A stretch of DNA of 64,000 nt from Nocardioidaceae bacterium (GTDB lineage Bacteria > Actinomycetota > Actinomycetes > Propionibacteriales > Nocardioidaceae): the NCBI GenBank assembly GCA_035699065.1, contig DASSBE010000194.1, forward strand, positions 34,985 to 98,984, in the 5' to 3' direction. Made by a program: the position numbers and the translations under genes. The notes beneath the pieces were generated by a model. That model saw only the letters and a program-made list of their open reading frames with translations. It was not told where the DNA came from and did not search any database. Shown here one piece after another: positions 44,270 through 53,274 of the stretch (the stretch's first letter is position 1; each line of letters starts with the position of its first letter).

Positions 44270-44549
44270 GTCGTCCTCCTGTGCCGTTCGGAACGCCGTG
44301 ACCTGCCGTCCGGCAGCGTCGGGAAGGCGATACCCAGCTTTGCCGCCGGTCATGCTTCGTGGGTGCACGGACCGCGACGGCACGGCGTGCACAGCGGGGC
44401 GATAGCGGTCGCGCCGCGGCTCTCGGACGCGGTCAATCACCACGCCGCGAAACGGTTCCCCGACTCCGCCTCGGCAACCGGATCCGCCTAGCGGGTGACC
44501 TCCCGGCGTCTGGTGCCGGAGGACAACCCGTCAACGACCGTCCGCGAGG

Positions 44550-45425
44550 TCAACTGGCCTTCTTCTTCGCGGTGGATTTCTTGGCGGCCTTCTTCTTCGC
44601 CGGCTTCTTCTCCGCCTCGTCCTCCGCCTCGCCGTCGGACTCGCCGCGTGACGACTTGGCCGCATCCACGCTTCGCTGGAGCGCCGCCAGCAGGTCCACG
44701 ACCTCGCCGGTCTCCTTCTCGGCCTCCGGAGCCTTCTTCACCTCACCACCCTCGAGCTTGGCCTGCACCAGGGCCTCGACAGCGCCGCGGTAGTCGTCCT
44801 CGTAGTCGCTCGCGTCGTAGTCGCCGGCCAGCGTGTCGACCAACAGCCGCGCCATCTTCAGCTCCTGCGGCTTGGCGGCGTCCTCGGTCGCGTCCAGGGT
44901 GGCGAAGTCGGGCTTGCGAACCTCGTCGGGCCACATCATCGTCTGCATCACGATCACGTCGTCGCGCACGCGGAGCACCGCCGTACTCATCCGGCTGCGC
45001 AGCGAGACCGTGACCACCGCCATCCGGTCCGCCTCCTTGATGGCCTCGCGCAGCAGGGCGTACGGCTTGGCGGCGGCCTTGTCCGGCTCGAGGTAGTAGG
45101 ACTTCTCCAGGAGCAGCGGGTCGATCTGGTCGCTGGGCACGAACTTCTCCACCGAGATCTCCCGGCTGCTGCTCGAGGGCAGCTCGGCCAGGTCCTCGTC
45201 GTCCAGGATCACCATCTGGCCGTCGTCGGTCTCGTAGCCCTTGGCGATGTCGGCGTAGGGGACCTCCTCGCCGTCGATGCTGCACACCCGTTGGTACTTG
45301 ATCCGGCCGCCGTCCTTGGCGTGGACCTGGCGGAACGAGACGTCATGGCTCTCGGTGGCGGCGTACAGCTTCACTGGCACACTCACCAGACCGAAGGACA
45401 CCGCGCCTTTCCAGATGGCACGCAT
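44550..45425 (-). CDS. ku: NHEJ protein Ku
   Basis: MRAIWKGAVSFGLVSVPVKLY, IAKGYE, VVDLLAALQRS and a Lys/Ala-rich tail. Confidence 0.97.
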   Translation of the reverse strand: MRAIWKGAVSFGLVSVPVKLYAATESHDVSFRQVHAKDGGRIKYQRVCSIDGEEVPYADIAKGYETDDGQMVILDDEDLAELPSSSSREISVEKFVPSDQIDPLLLEKSYYLEPDKAAAKPYALLREAIKEADRMAVVTVSLRSRMSTAVLRVRDDVIVMQTMMWPDEVRKPDFATLDATEDAAKPQELKMARLLVDTLAGDYDASDYEDDYRGAVEALVQAKLEGGEVKKAPEAEKETGEVVDLLAALQRSVDAAKSSRGESDGEAEDEAEKKPAKKKAAKKSTAKKKAS

Positions 45426-45479
45426 GTGGGGAAGCCCTCCCTCGTGTCAGCATCATCGTCCATGGGTCAGGATGTACCC

Positions 45480-46436
45480 ATGCGCCCGATGCTGGCTAGT
45501 CGTGGCACCACGGTACCCACCGGCGACGGTTGGGTGCATGAGGTGAAGTGGGACGGCATGCGCGTCCTCGTCGACGTGCGGCCCGGAACGGGCGGCCCGG
45601 TCGTGGTGACCTCGCGCAACGAGAACGACGTGACGGTCAGCTTCCCCGAGCTGCTCGGGCTCGCAGGACTGGGCCAAGACCTGCTGCTCGACGGCGAGGT
45701 CGTCGCGATGGCCGGAGGCGTCCCGACGTTCGCGGCGCTCGCGGACCGCATGCACGTGAGCAGCCCGCGCCGGGCTGAGGCACTGGCGCGCACGAACCCG
45801 GTCACGCTGATCGCGTTCGACGTGCTCCGGCTAGACGGCCAGGACGTGACCGGTGAGCCGCTGTCGGTACGACGGGCGCGGCTGGAGTCCCTCGAGCTGG
45901 CCGGGACGCACTGGCAGGTGCCCGCGACCTATGACGACGGGACGATGCTGATGGAGGTGACGCTGCAGCGGGGCCTCGAAGGTGTGGTGAGCAAGAAGCT
46001 GAGCTCGCGCTACCACTTCGGCCGGCGCACCAAGGACTGGCTGAAGTTCCCGAACCGGCCGACCGCCTCCTACGTGGTGGGCGGCTGGCGCTACGAGACC
46101 GACAGCACCTCGCGGCTCGGAGCCGTGCTGGTCGGTGAGCCGACGCCGGCGGGGCTGAGCTACCGCGGCCGTGTCGGCAGCGGCATCGCGGGTCGGGAGG
46201 GGCCACGGCTGATGGAGCTGCTCGCGCCGTTGCGCACCGACGTGTCACCGTTCTGCGACGAGGTGCCGCGGATCGACGCGTTGGGCACCACGTGGCTGCG
46301 ACCCGAGGTCGTCGTGGAGATCCAGTCGCTCGGGGTGACCAACGGGGGACGCCTGCGACAGCCGTCGTACCAGGGTGTGCGGCGCGACCTCTCGCCCGCG
46401 GACCTCGCGCCGTCCGACGTACCCGGGCGGGGGTGA
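45480..46436 (+). CDS. ligD: ATP-dependent DNA ligase, stand-alone LigD ligase domain
   Basis: PMLA, EVKWDGMR (KxDG), LDGEVV, FDVL, EGVVSK, WLK and LRQPSYQGVR. Confidence 0.9.
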   Translation: MRPMLASRGTTVPTGDGWVHEVKWDGMRVLVDVRPGTGGPVVVTSRNENDVTVSFPELLGLAGLGQDLLLDGEVVAMAGGVPTFAALADRMHVSSPRRAEALARTNPVTLIAFDVLRLDGQDVTGEPLSVRRARLESLELAGTHWQVPATYDDGTMLMEVTLQRGLEGVVSKKLSSRYHFGRRTKDWLKFPNRPTASYVVGGWRYETDSTSRLGAVLVGEPTPAGLSYRGRVGSGIAGREGPRLMELLAPLRTDVSPFCDEVPRIDALGTTWLRPEVVVEIQSLGVTNGGRLRQPSYQGVRRDLSPADLAPSDVPGRG

Positions 46437-46442
46437 GGCATC

Positions 46443-47345
46443 GTGCCGACGCAGGACCAGCGGGTCGAGGTCGACGGCCGGACGCTGAAGATCAGCAGCC
46501 TGGACAAGGTGATGTACCCCGAGACCGGCAGCACGAAGGCCGAGGTGCTCGACTACTACGCCCGGATCTCACCGGTGCTGCTGCCGCACCTCGCCGATCG
46601 GGCCGTGACCCGGATCCGGTGGCCGAACGGCACCGCCGAGAACCGCTTCTTCGAGAAGAACCTGCCGTCCGGGGCGCCCGGCTGGCTGCATTCGGTCTCC
46701 GTGCCGTCCCGCGCCTCGGGCGGGGGTGACACGATCGTCTATCCCGTCGTCGACGACCTCGCGACGCTGACGTACCTCGCGAACCTGGGTTCCTTGGAGC
46801 TGCACGTGCACCAGTGGCGGGTCGGGCGGAACAACCAGCCGAAGAACCCCGACCGGCTCGTGATCGACCTCGACCCGGGCGCGCCAGCCGGTCTGCACGA
46901 GTGCTGCACGGTGGCCCTGCTGGTGCGCGACCGGCTCGCGGCGATGGGACTCGCCTCCGCGCCGGTCACCAGTGGCAGCAAGGGTCTGCACCTGTACGCC
47001 GCACTACCGGGCCGGAAGAACGCCGACGAGGTCAGGGACATGGCTCAGGAGCTGGCACAGGCGATGTCGCGCGACCACAAGGACCTGGTGCTGTGGAAGA
47101 TGACCAAGTCGCTGCGACCCGGCAAGGTGCTTCTCGACTGGAGCCAGAACACCAGCACCAAGACCACGATCACGCCGTACTCGCTGCGTGGCAAGGAGGC
47201 GCCCTACGTTGCGACGCCGCGCACCTGGGAGGAGATCGAGCAGGGTGCGAACGCAGCGGATGGCCTGCGGCAGTGCCTGATGAGCGAGGTGCTGGAGCGG
47301 GTCGAGGAGCTCGGCGACATCTTCGGCGACCAGCTCTCCTCGTGA
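46443..47345 (+). CDS. LigD primase-polymerase domain, stand-alone
   Basis: LDKVMYP..TKAEVLDYY, RWPNG..FFEKN, DRLVIDLDPG, TSGSKGLH, DWSQN and PYSLRG. Confidence 0.92.
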   Translation: MPTQDQRVEVDGRTLKISSLDKVMYPETGSTKAEVLDYYARISPVLLPHLADRAVTRIRWPNGTAENRFFEKNLPSGAPGWLHSVSVPSRASGGGDTIVYPVVDDLATLTYLANLGSLELHVHQWRVGRNNQPKNPDRLVIDLDPGAPAGLHECCTVALLVRDRLAAMGLASAPVTSGSKGLHLYAALPGRKNADEVRDMAQELAQAMSRDHKDLVLWKMTKSLRPGKVLLDWSQNTSTKTTITPYSLRGKEAPYVATPRTWEEIEQGANAADGLRQCLMSEVLERVEELGDIFGDQLSS

Positions 47346-47363
47346 CCGCGGCGGAAAGGAGAA

Positions 47364-47392
47364 GTCCCGCCGTTCCCGAGATACGGCGGGAC
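47364..47392 (+). terminator. Hairpin after the ligD-pol gene
   Basis: GTCCCGCCGT, 9-nt loop, ACGGCGGGAC: a perfect 10-bp stem with no U-tract on the + strand. Confidence 0.6.
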
Positions 47393-47573
47393 CTGCGGGG
47401 CAGCGAAACGCCCGTCGGAAAGGCTTCCCCGGCAGGGGCACGGGCAAACGTCCGCCACGCTCAGGATCCGGTGTTTTCCACAACCGTAGGTGCTCGGGGG
47501 TAGCCGAAACTGGTGCGCGTGAGTGAGACTGCGGCATCGGAATGTCCGGATTGAGCGGTGAACGGCGGGGGCC

Positions 47574-48827
47574 ATGAGCCTGATCTATGCCGACTCCCAC
47601 GGCGAGTTGGTCGAGTCGCTCGACGCGCAGCTGCGTGAGGCTGTGCGCCGCGACGGTATCGACCCGCAACGCGACTCCGGGCTGGTGCGCAGGATCGCCG
47701 AGCGTCTCGTCGCGGACCATGACCAGCGAAGCCTCACCGGCGCGGTTGCTCCGGTCGCCGACCACGACGCGGTGGTCGAGGAGCTTGTCGCCCGGGTCTC
47801 CGGGTTCGGCGCCCTGCAGCGCTACCTTGACGACCCGACCGTCGAGGAGATCTGGATCAACGACCCGAGCCGGGTGTTCGTGGCCCGCGCCGGACGGCAC
47901 GAGCTGACCACCACGATCCTGAGCGGCACCCAGGTGCAGGAGCTCGTCGAGCGGATGCTGAAGTCGAGCGGACGGCGTGTGGACCTCTCCCAGCCCTTCG
48001 TCGACGCGATGCTGCCCGACGGGCACCGGCTGCATGTGGTTCTGGACGGCATCTCCCGGGGCTTCAGCGCGGTGAACATCCGCAAGTTCGTGGTCCGCGC
48101 CGCCAAGCTGCACGACCTCGTCGGGCTCGGCAGCCTCAGCGAACGGGCGGCGCAGTTCCTCGACGCGTCGGTGCGCGCCGGACTCAACATCGTCGTCGCA
48201 GGCGGGACCCAGGCCGGGAAGACCACCCTGCTCAACTGCCTGGCCGCGAGCATTCCCGGCGGTGACCGGGTGATCTCCGCCGAGGAGGTCTTCGAGCTGC
48301 GTTTCAACCACCCGGACTGGGTGGCGATGCAGACCCGTCAGCAGGGGCTCGAAGGCACCGGCGAGATCAGGTTGCGCGACCTGGTCCGGGAGAGCCTGCG
48401 GATGCGACCGTCACGCGTGATCGTGGGCGAGGTCCGCGCGGAGGAGTGCCTGGACCTGCTGCTGGCATTGAACTCCGGGCTGCCCGGGATGGCGTCGCTG
48501 CACGCCAACAGCGCACGCGAGGCACTCGTCAAGATGTGCACGCTTCCGCTCCTGGCCGGAGAGAACATCTCGGCCCGGTTCGTGGTGCCCACGGTGGCAT
48601 CCTCGGTGGACCTGGTCGTGCATCTCGGCATCGACAACGCGGGTGTCCGGCGCGTCGGCGAGATCGTGGCCGTGCCCGGCCGGGTCGAGAACGACACGAT
48701 CGAGACCGAGTCGATCTTCGTGCAGCAGGAGGACCGGCTCGTCCGCGCCACCGGGATGCCGCCGCGGCCGGAACGCTATGAACGGGTCGGGGTCGACGTG
48801 AACGCGCTGCTCAACGCGGGACGCTGA
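47574..48827 (+). CDS. tadA: Flp pilus assembly ATPase CpaF/TadA
   Basis: VEEIWIN, IRKF, GGTQAGKTT, SLRMRPSRVIVGEVR and SLHANS. Confidence 0.93.
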   Translation: MSLIYADSHGELVESLDAQLREAVRRDGIDPQRDSGLVRRIAERLVADHDQRSLTGAVAPVADHDAVVEELVARVSGFGALQRYLDDPTVEEIWINDPSRVFVARAGRHELTTTILSGTQVQELVERMLKSSGRRVDLSQPFVDAMLPDGHRLHVVLDGISRGFSAVNIRKFVVRAAKLHDLVGLGSLSERAAQFLDASVRAGLNIVVAGGTQAGKTTLLNCLAASIPGGDRVISAEEVFELRFNHPDWVAMQTRQQGLEGTGEIRLRDLVRESLRMRPSRVIVGEVRAEECLDLLLALNSGLPGMASLHANSAREALVKMCTLPLLAGENISARFVVPTVASSVDLVVHLGIDNAGVRRVGEIVAVPGRVENDTIETESIFVQQEDRLVRATGMPPRPERYERVGVDVNALLNAGR

Positions 48828-48828
48828 G

Positions 48829-49683
48829 GTGGGCGCGGCCGTCGGGCTCGGCGTGGGCGTCGGACTGCTGCTGGTCTGGCTCTCGTTCGTCTCTCCCCGG
48901 GGGCAACGCCGCGCCTCTCCGCGCTCTGGCCGGCTCGGTGACCTGCTGGAGAGGGCCGGTGTGTCGGGCACGTCCCCGCGTGGGGTGCTCGTCGTCTGCC
49001 TCGCGGCTGCGGCGGTCGCCGGGCTCGGCATCGAAGTGATCTCCCGGACACCACCGGTCGCGGTGGCCTTCGCGGCGATGGCCGGCTACCTTCCGATCGC
49101 CATCCTCAGCGGCCGTGCGCGTCGCCGACAACGGGAGCTCGCCGAGGTGTGGCCCGAGGCCGTGGACAACCTGGCCTCGGCGGTCCGTGCCGGAATGTCG
49201 CTGCCGGAAGCGCTCGGCCAGCTCGGGCAGCGCGGCCCCGAGCCACTGCGTGAGCCCTTCGCGGCCTTCGCGGTGGACTACCAGGTGACCGGCCGGTTCG
49301 GCGACAGTCTGGACCGGCTGAAGCAGCGACTCTCCGACCCGGTCGGGGACCGTGTCGTCGAGGGGCTCCGGATCGCGCGGGAGGTCGGCGGCGGCGAGCT
49401 CGGCAGGCTTCTGCGGAGCCTGTCGGGCTACCTGAGGGAGGATGCCCGCACCCGTTCCGAGCTGGAGTCCCGCCAGGCCTGGACCGTCAACGGCGCACGG
49501 CTCGCGGTGGCGGCACCGTGGCTGGTGCTGCTGATGCTGTGCTTCCAGCGGGAGGTCATCTCCCGGTACGCCTCACCCGCGGGAACCGTCGTGCTGGCGC
49601 TCGGCGCAGGCGCCTGCCTGGTCGCCTACCGGCTGATGGTGCGGATCGGCCGGTTGCCGCAGGAACGGCGGGTGCTCTCGTGA
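48829..49683 (+). CDS. tadB: TadB (T2SS F-domain) membrane protein
   Basis: WPEAVDNLASAVRAGMSLPEAL and REVGGGEL; follows tadA. Confidence 0.88.
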   Translation: MGAAVGLGVGVGLLLVWLSFVSPRGQRRASPRSGRLGDLLERAGVSGTSPRGVLVVCLAAAAVAGLGIEVISRTPPVAVAFAAMAGYLPIAILSGRARRRQRELAEVWPEAVDNLASAVRAGMSLPEALGQLGQRGPEPLREPFAAFAVDYQVTGRFGDSLDRLKQRLSDPVGDRVVEGLRIAREVGGGELGRLLRSLSGYLREDARTRSELESRQAWTVNGARLAVAAPWLVLLMLCFQREVISRYASPAGTVVLALGAGACLVAYRLMVRIGRLPQERRVLS

Positions 49684-50612
49684 GTCCGGCGGTGAGCGGC
49701 GGTCTCGTCGGAGCCGTCGTCGGCTGCGGCCTGCTGCTCATTGCGGGCCGGGTGCTCGCGCTGCGCCGGCCGCAGCTCGCGGTCCGGGTCCTGCCCTACG
49801 TCCGGGACCTGCCCCAGACCGCCCGGCAGCCACTGCAGGTCGACCCGTCGAGGTCCGCGCTGTCGGCGGTGTTCGGACCCCTGCTGAGATCGGCCGCCGA
49901 CACCCTGGAGCGCGTGCTCGGCGGTGCCGTGTCGGTGCGCCGACGGCTCGAGCGTGCCAACCTGCAGATGACGGTGCACGACTTCCGGGTCGAGCAGGTG
50001 ATGTGGGGCCTGGTGGCCTTCGCCGGCGCCGCCGCTTTCGCGCTGCTGCTCGCTGTGGACACGCCAGGCAGGACCGCGCCGCTGCTGGTGCTGTGCCTGG
50101 CCGCGTTCGCGTGCGGCGTGCTGCTGCGCGAGAACCGGCTCACGGGGCAGGTGACGGAGCGGGAGCGCCGGATCCTGGCGGAGTTCCCGACCGTCGCCGA
50201 GCTCCTCGCCCTGTCCGTCGCGGCCGGTGAGGGGCCCGTCTCCGCCCTCGACCGGGTGGTGGCGCGCTCGCACGGGGAGCTCGCCGCCGACCTCGCCCGG
50301 GTGCTGGCGGAGATCCGCACCGGCACGCCGGTCGCGCGGGCCCTCGACGACCTGGCGAACCGTTCCGGGCTGCCGGTGGTGGCACGGTTCGCCGAAGGGA
50401 TGGCCGTCGCGGTCGAGCGCGGGACTCCGCTGGCCGAGGTCCTTCACGCGCAGGCGGCCGACGTGCGGGAGGCGGGGCGACGGCAGCTGATCGAGTCCGG
50501 CGCCCGCAAGGAGATCTTCATGATGGTGCCTGTCGTTTTCCTGGTGCTTCCGGTGACCGTGCTGTTCGCGTTCTGGCCGGGTGTGGTGGGTCTCCGGCTG
50601 GTGACGCCGTGA
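49680..50612 (+). CDS. tadC: TadC (T2SS F-domain) membrane protein
   Basis: EFPTVAELLALSVAAGE, VERGTPLAEVL and MMVPVVFLVLP; GTGA overlap with tadB. Confidence 0.88.
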   Translation: MSPAVSGGLVGAVVGCGLLLIAGRVLALRRPQLAVRVLPYVRDLPQTARQPLQVDPSRSALSAVFGPLLRSAADTLERVLGGAVSVRRRLERANLQMTVHDFRVEQVMWGLVAFAGAAAFALLLAVDTPGRTAPLLVLCLAAFACGVLLRENRLTGQVTERERRILAEFPTVAELLALSVAAGEGPVSALDRVVARSHGELAADLARVLAEIRTGTPVARALDDLANRSGLPVVARFAEGMAVAVERGTPLAEVLHAQAADVREAGRRQLIESGARKEIFMMVPVVFLVLPVTVLFAFWPGVVGLRLVTP

Positions 50613-50646
50613 TCGTGACCACCACAAGGAGAGCAAGGGGAGTTCG

Positions 50647-50844
50647 ATGATCGATCTGTTGTACGTCCGGTGCCTGCTGCTGCTGACCGGAGCGCCTCGG
50701 GAGCGGAGGACCGAACGCGGGGACGTCCCGGGTTGGGTGCTGATCACCGTGATGACCGCCGGGCTGGTCGCTGCGCTGTGGGCCGTGGCCGGCGACGCCC
50801 TGACCACGATGTTGCGCGACGCACTGAACTCGGTGAAGAGCTGA
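50647..50844 (+). CDS. Flp-type major pilin (actinobacterial)
   Basis: ERG|DVPGWVLITVMTAGLVAALW prepilin-like site plus a hydrophobic helix; SD GGGGAG. Confidence 0.8.
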   Translation: MIDLLYVRCLLLLTGAPRERRTERGDVPGWVLITVMTAGLVAALWAVAGDALTTMLRDALNSVKS

Positions 50845-50848
50845 CCGG

Positions 50849-51241
50849 GTGGTGCCCGGCGCACGCCGTATGGAGCACGGGTCGGCGGTGGTCGACTTCG
50901 TGCTCGTGCTCGTCATCCTGATCCCGCTGTTCCTCGGGATCATCCAGGTGGCGCTCGTGCTGCACGTGCGCAACACGCTGACGTCGGCCGCCTCGGAGGG
51001 GGCACGCTACGCCGCGACCGTGGACCGTCCGCTCGAGGCCGGCGTCGCCAAGACCCGTCAGCAGATCTCCGGGGCCATCGCGGACCGCTTCGCCTCCGAC
51101 GTCACCGCCCACTCCGTCGACGTCCACGGCGCTCCGGGGGTCCGGGTCGACGTGGTGGCCGACGTGCCTGCGTTGGGACTCTGGGGTCCGGCGGTCCGGC
51201 TGTCGGTGTCCGGCCACGCGATCGAGGAGGTCGCCCAGTGA
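50849..51241 (+). CDS. TadE-like minor pilin
   Basis: EHG|SAVVDFVLV..AASEGARYAA. The start could instead be the ATG at 50870. Confidence 0.85.
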   Translation: MVPGARRMEHGSAVVDFVLVLVILIPLFLGIIQVALVLHVRNTLTSAASEGARYAATVDRPLEAGVAKTRQQISGAIADRFASDVTAHSVDVHGAPGVRVDVVADVPALGLWGPAVRLSVSGHAIEEVAQ

Positions 51242-51693
51242 GCACCCGGGACCACCGCGCACGCACGGAGGGCGGTACGGCGCTGGTGGAGGTGACCTGG
51301 CTCGCCATCCTGCTGCTGGTGCCGCTGCTCTACATCGTCCTCGCCGTCTTCGAGGTGCAACGGTCGGCGTTCGCGGTCACGGCCGCTGCCCGGTCCGCGG
51401 GCCGCGCCTTCGTGATGGCTCCCGACGAGGCCTCGGCGATGGACCGGGCCCGCGCGGCCGCGGCGGTCGCTCTCGAGGACCAGGAGATCGCGCTGGCCGA
51501 TGCGGGCCTGGTGGTGACCTGCGCCCCGGACCCGCACAACTGCCTTGCGCCCGGCTCGGTCGTCGAGGTCGACCTCGGCTACGCGGTGCCGCTGCCCCTG
51601 ACGCCGTCGGCGCTAGGAGGCAACACGCCGAGCGTGCGGGTGGAGGCCGAGCACCGGGTGCCTTACGGCACCTTCCGCGAGGACCGGCCATGA
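51238..51693 (+). CDS. TadE-like minor pilin
   Basis: EGG|TALVEVTWL..AAARSAGRA; GTGA overlap. Confidence 0.8.
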   Translation: MSTRDHRARTEGGTALVEVTWLAILLLVPLLYIVLAVFEVQRSAFAVTAAARSAGRAFVMAPDEASAMDRARAAAAVALEDQEIALADAGLVVTCAPDPHNCLAPGSVVEVDLGYAVPLPLTPSALGGNTPSVRVEAEHRVPYGTFREDRP

Positions 51694-52172
51694 CGCCGCG
51701 GTCGGGCACACCGCGGTCGGGCACGCCGCGGTCGGGCACCCGGGGAAGGCGCGACCAGGCAGGTCAGACCAGCGTGCTGATCATCGGGTTCGCCGTCGTC
51801 GTGGTGATGATGGTGGTGGTCGTGGTGGACGCCTCCGCCGCCTACCTGCGCCGGCAGGGGCTCGACTCGCTGGCGGACGGTGCCGTGCTGGCGGCGGCCG
51901 ACGGCGTCCAGGGCGAGCAGGTGTACCGGGGCGGGCTCGGGGACCGGGCCCGGATCGATCCCGACGCCGCGCGCGGCTATGTCGCGGACTACCTGGCCGC
52001 GGTCGATGCCGGCCGGCGCTACCCGGGACTCAGCTACGCGGTGTCGGCCGGGTCGGAGTCGGTGGTGGTGCGGATCAGCGCTCCGCTGGACCTGCCGCTG
52101 ACCCTTCCGGGCGTGGATCGCCGACCGGTGGTGACGGGCACCGCGGCGTCGTACGTGGTCGTCAGTGACTAG
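51690..52172 (+). CDS. TadG-like pilus protein
   Basis: DQAG|QTSVLII hydrophobic helix and LDSLADGAVLAAAD; ATGA overlap. Confidence 0.8.
   Translation: MTPRSGTPRSGTPRSGTRGRRDQAGQTSVLIIGFAVVVVMMVVVVVDASAAYLRRQGLDSLADGAVLAAADGVQGEQVYRGGLGDRARIDPDAARGYVADYLAAVDAGRRYPGLSYAVSAGSESVVVRISAPLDLPLTLPGVDRRPVVTGTAASYVVVSD
51693..51737 (+). repeat. 15-bp in-frame tandem repeat x3 (TPRSG)
   Basis: ACRCCGCGGTCGGGC occurs three times directly after the ATG. Confidence 0.95.
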
Positions 52173-52344
52173 ACGGACCGCTCCGATCGGGCCCCAAGCA
52201 CTAGCCCGTTCGAACTATTCCTTTCCAGTAGATAACGGAGATTTCACGCAGGCCACCTTGCCGCGAGCAAGGGGAAGTGCTTTAGTCGAGTGCGTGGTCG
52301 AGCAGTAGTGCCACGAGAGTTTCACGAAGAAGTACGAGGTAGGC

Positions 52345-53178
52345 ATGTCCACTTCAGAGCTTCAAGATGCAGAACTTCAAGACTCGGAATCTTCCCGGGT
52401 CACCGAGGCCGCACCGGTAGAGGCCGTCCCGGAGTCGGACCGCAGTGCGATCACCGGACGTCTCCTGGTGCAGATCTCGGAAACGACCGACGAGCTGGAG
52501 CAGAACCGGCTCCGTGACGAGGTCGTGGTCCTGAACATGGGCGTCGCCCGGGCCATCGCGTCGCGGTACCGCGACCGCGGGATCGGCAAGGACGACCTGA
52601 TGCAGGCCGCCTACGTCGGCCTGGTCAAGGCGGTGCAGGGATTCGATCCCTCCTTCGAGCGGGACTTCCTCAGCTACGCGGTGCCGACCGTGACCGGCGA
52701 GGTCAAACGCTACTTCCGCGACTACGGCTGGACGGTGCGCCCACCCCGCCGCGTGCAGGAGCTCCAGGCTCAGATCTCGCGGGCCTCCAGCGAGCTCTCG
52801 CAGACGCTGCACCGTTCGCCGAAGCCGAGTGAGGTGGCCGAATTCCTCGCGGTCGACGTGGACTCGGTGATCGAGGCGCTCGCGGCCGACGGCTGCTTCA
52901 CGCCGGCGTCGCTCGACGTGCCGGTCGGCGAGGACGGCTCGACCTCGCTCGGCGAGTTGCTCGGCGAGGAGGACGCGGACCTCGGCCGCGCCGAGGCGCG
53001 GATCCTGCTGGCACCGGCCGTACGGCGGCTGGGCGAGCGTGACCGCCGGATCCTCGAGCTGCGCTTCTTCCACGGCTGGACCCAGGAGCAGATCGCCGGA
53101 GACATCGGCGTGACGCAGATGCAGGTGTCCCGTCTGCTGGCGCGGATCCTCTCCGACCTTCGCGCCGAGCTTTCCTGA
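52345..53178 (+). CDS. SigB/SigF/SigG-family RNA polymerase sigma factor
   Basis: DDLMQAAYVGLVKAV..FD, FLSYAVPTVTGEVKRYFRD.GW.VRPPRR and TQEQIA..IGVTQMQVSRLL. Confidence 0.95.
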   Translation: MSTSELQDAELQDSESSRVTEAAPVEAVPESDRSAITGRLLVQISETTDELEQNRLRDEVVVLNMGVARAIASRYRDRGIGKDDLMQAAYVGLVKAVQGFDPSFERDFLSYAVPTVTGEVKRYFRDYGWTVRPPRRVQELQAQISRASSELSQTLHRSPKPSEVAEFLAVDVDSVIEALAADGCFTPASLDVPVGEDGSTSLGELLGEEDADLGRAEARILLAPAVRRLGERDRRILELRFFHGWTQEQIAGDIGVTQMQVSRLLARILSDLRAELS

Positions 53179-53188
53179 CCCACCCAGG

Positions 53189-53237
53189 AGCCGGGGCGGC
53201 CGTCGCCCATCCCCTCGACGCAACGGCCGTTCCGGCT
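53189..53237 (+). terminator. Hairpin between the convergent sigma and PRC genes
   Basis: AGCCGGGGCGGCCGT ... ACGGCCGTTCCGGCT stem with G-U pairs, followed by TTG. Confidence 0.45.
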
Positions 53238-53274
53238 TTGTCATGCGGTCGGTGAGAGAGCGTGGGGCCCGGGC

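Noticed and set aside
44360-44549. Possible ncRNA or small ORF between ku and the MFS gene
   Set aside because: Only an imperfect hairpin (about 44492-44530) consistent with ku termination; no recognisable RNA family or well-supported ORF.
47395-47470. c-di-GMP riboswitch before tadA (GGGCAAAC and GAAA loops)
   Set aside because: The GACGCAAAGC segment and the correct stem order are missing; cmscan against the c-di-GMP-I and -II models would settle it.
51693-51737. CRISPR-like repeats
   Set aside because: Contiguous 15-bp coding repeats with no spacers and no cas genes.
52356-52385. ELQD duplication at the sigma factor N-terminus
   Set aside because: A short imperfect two-copy repeat in a variable region; probably neutral.
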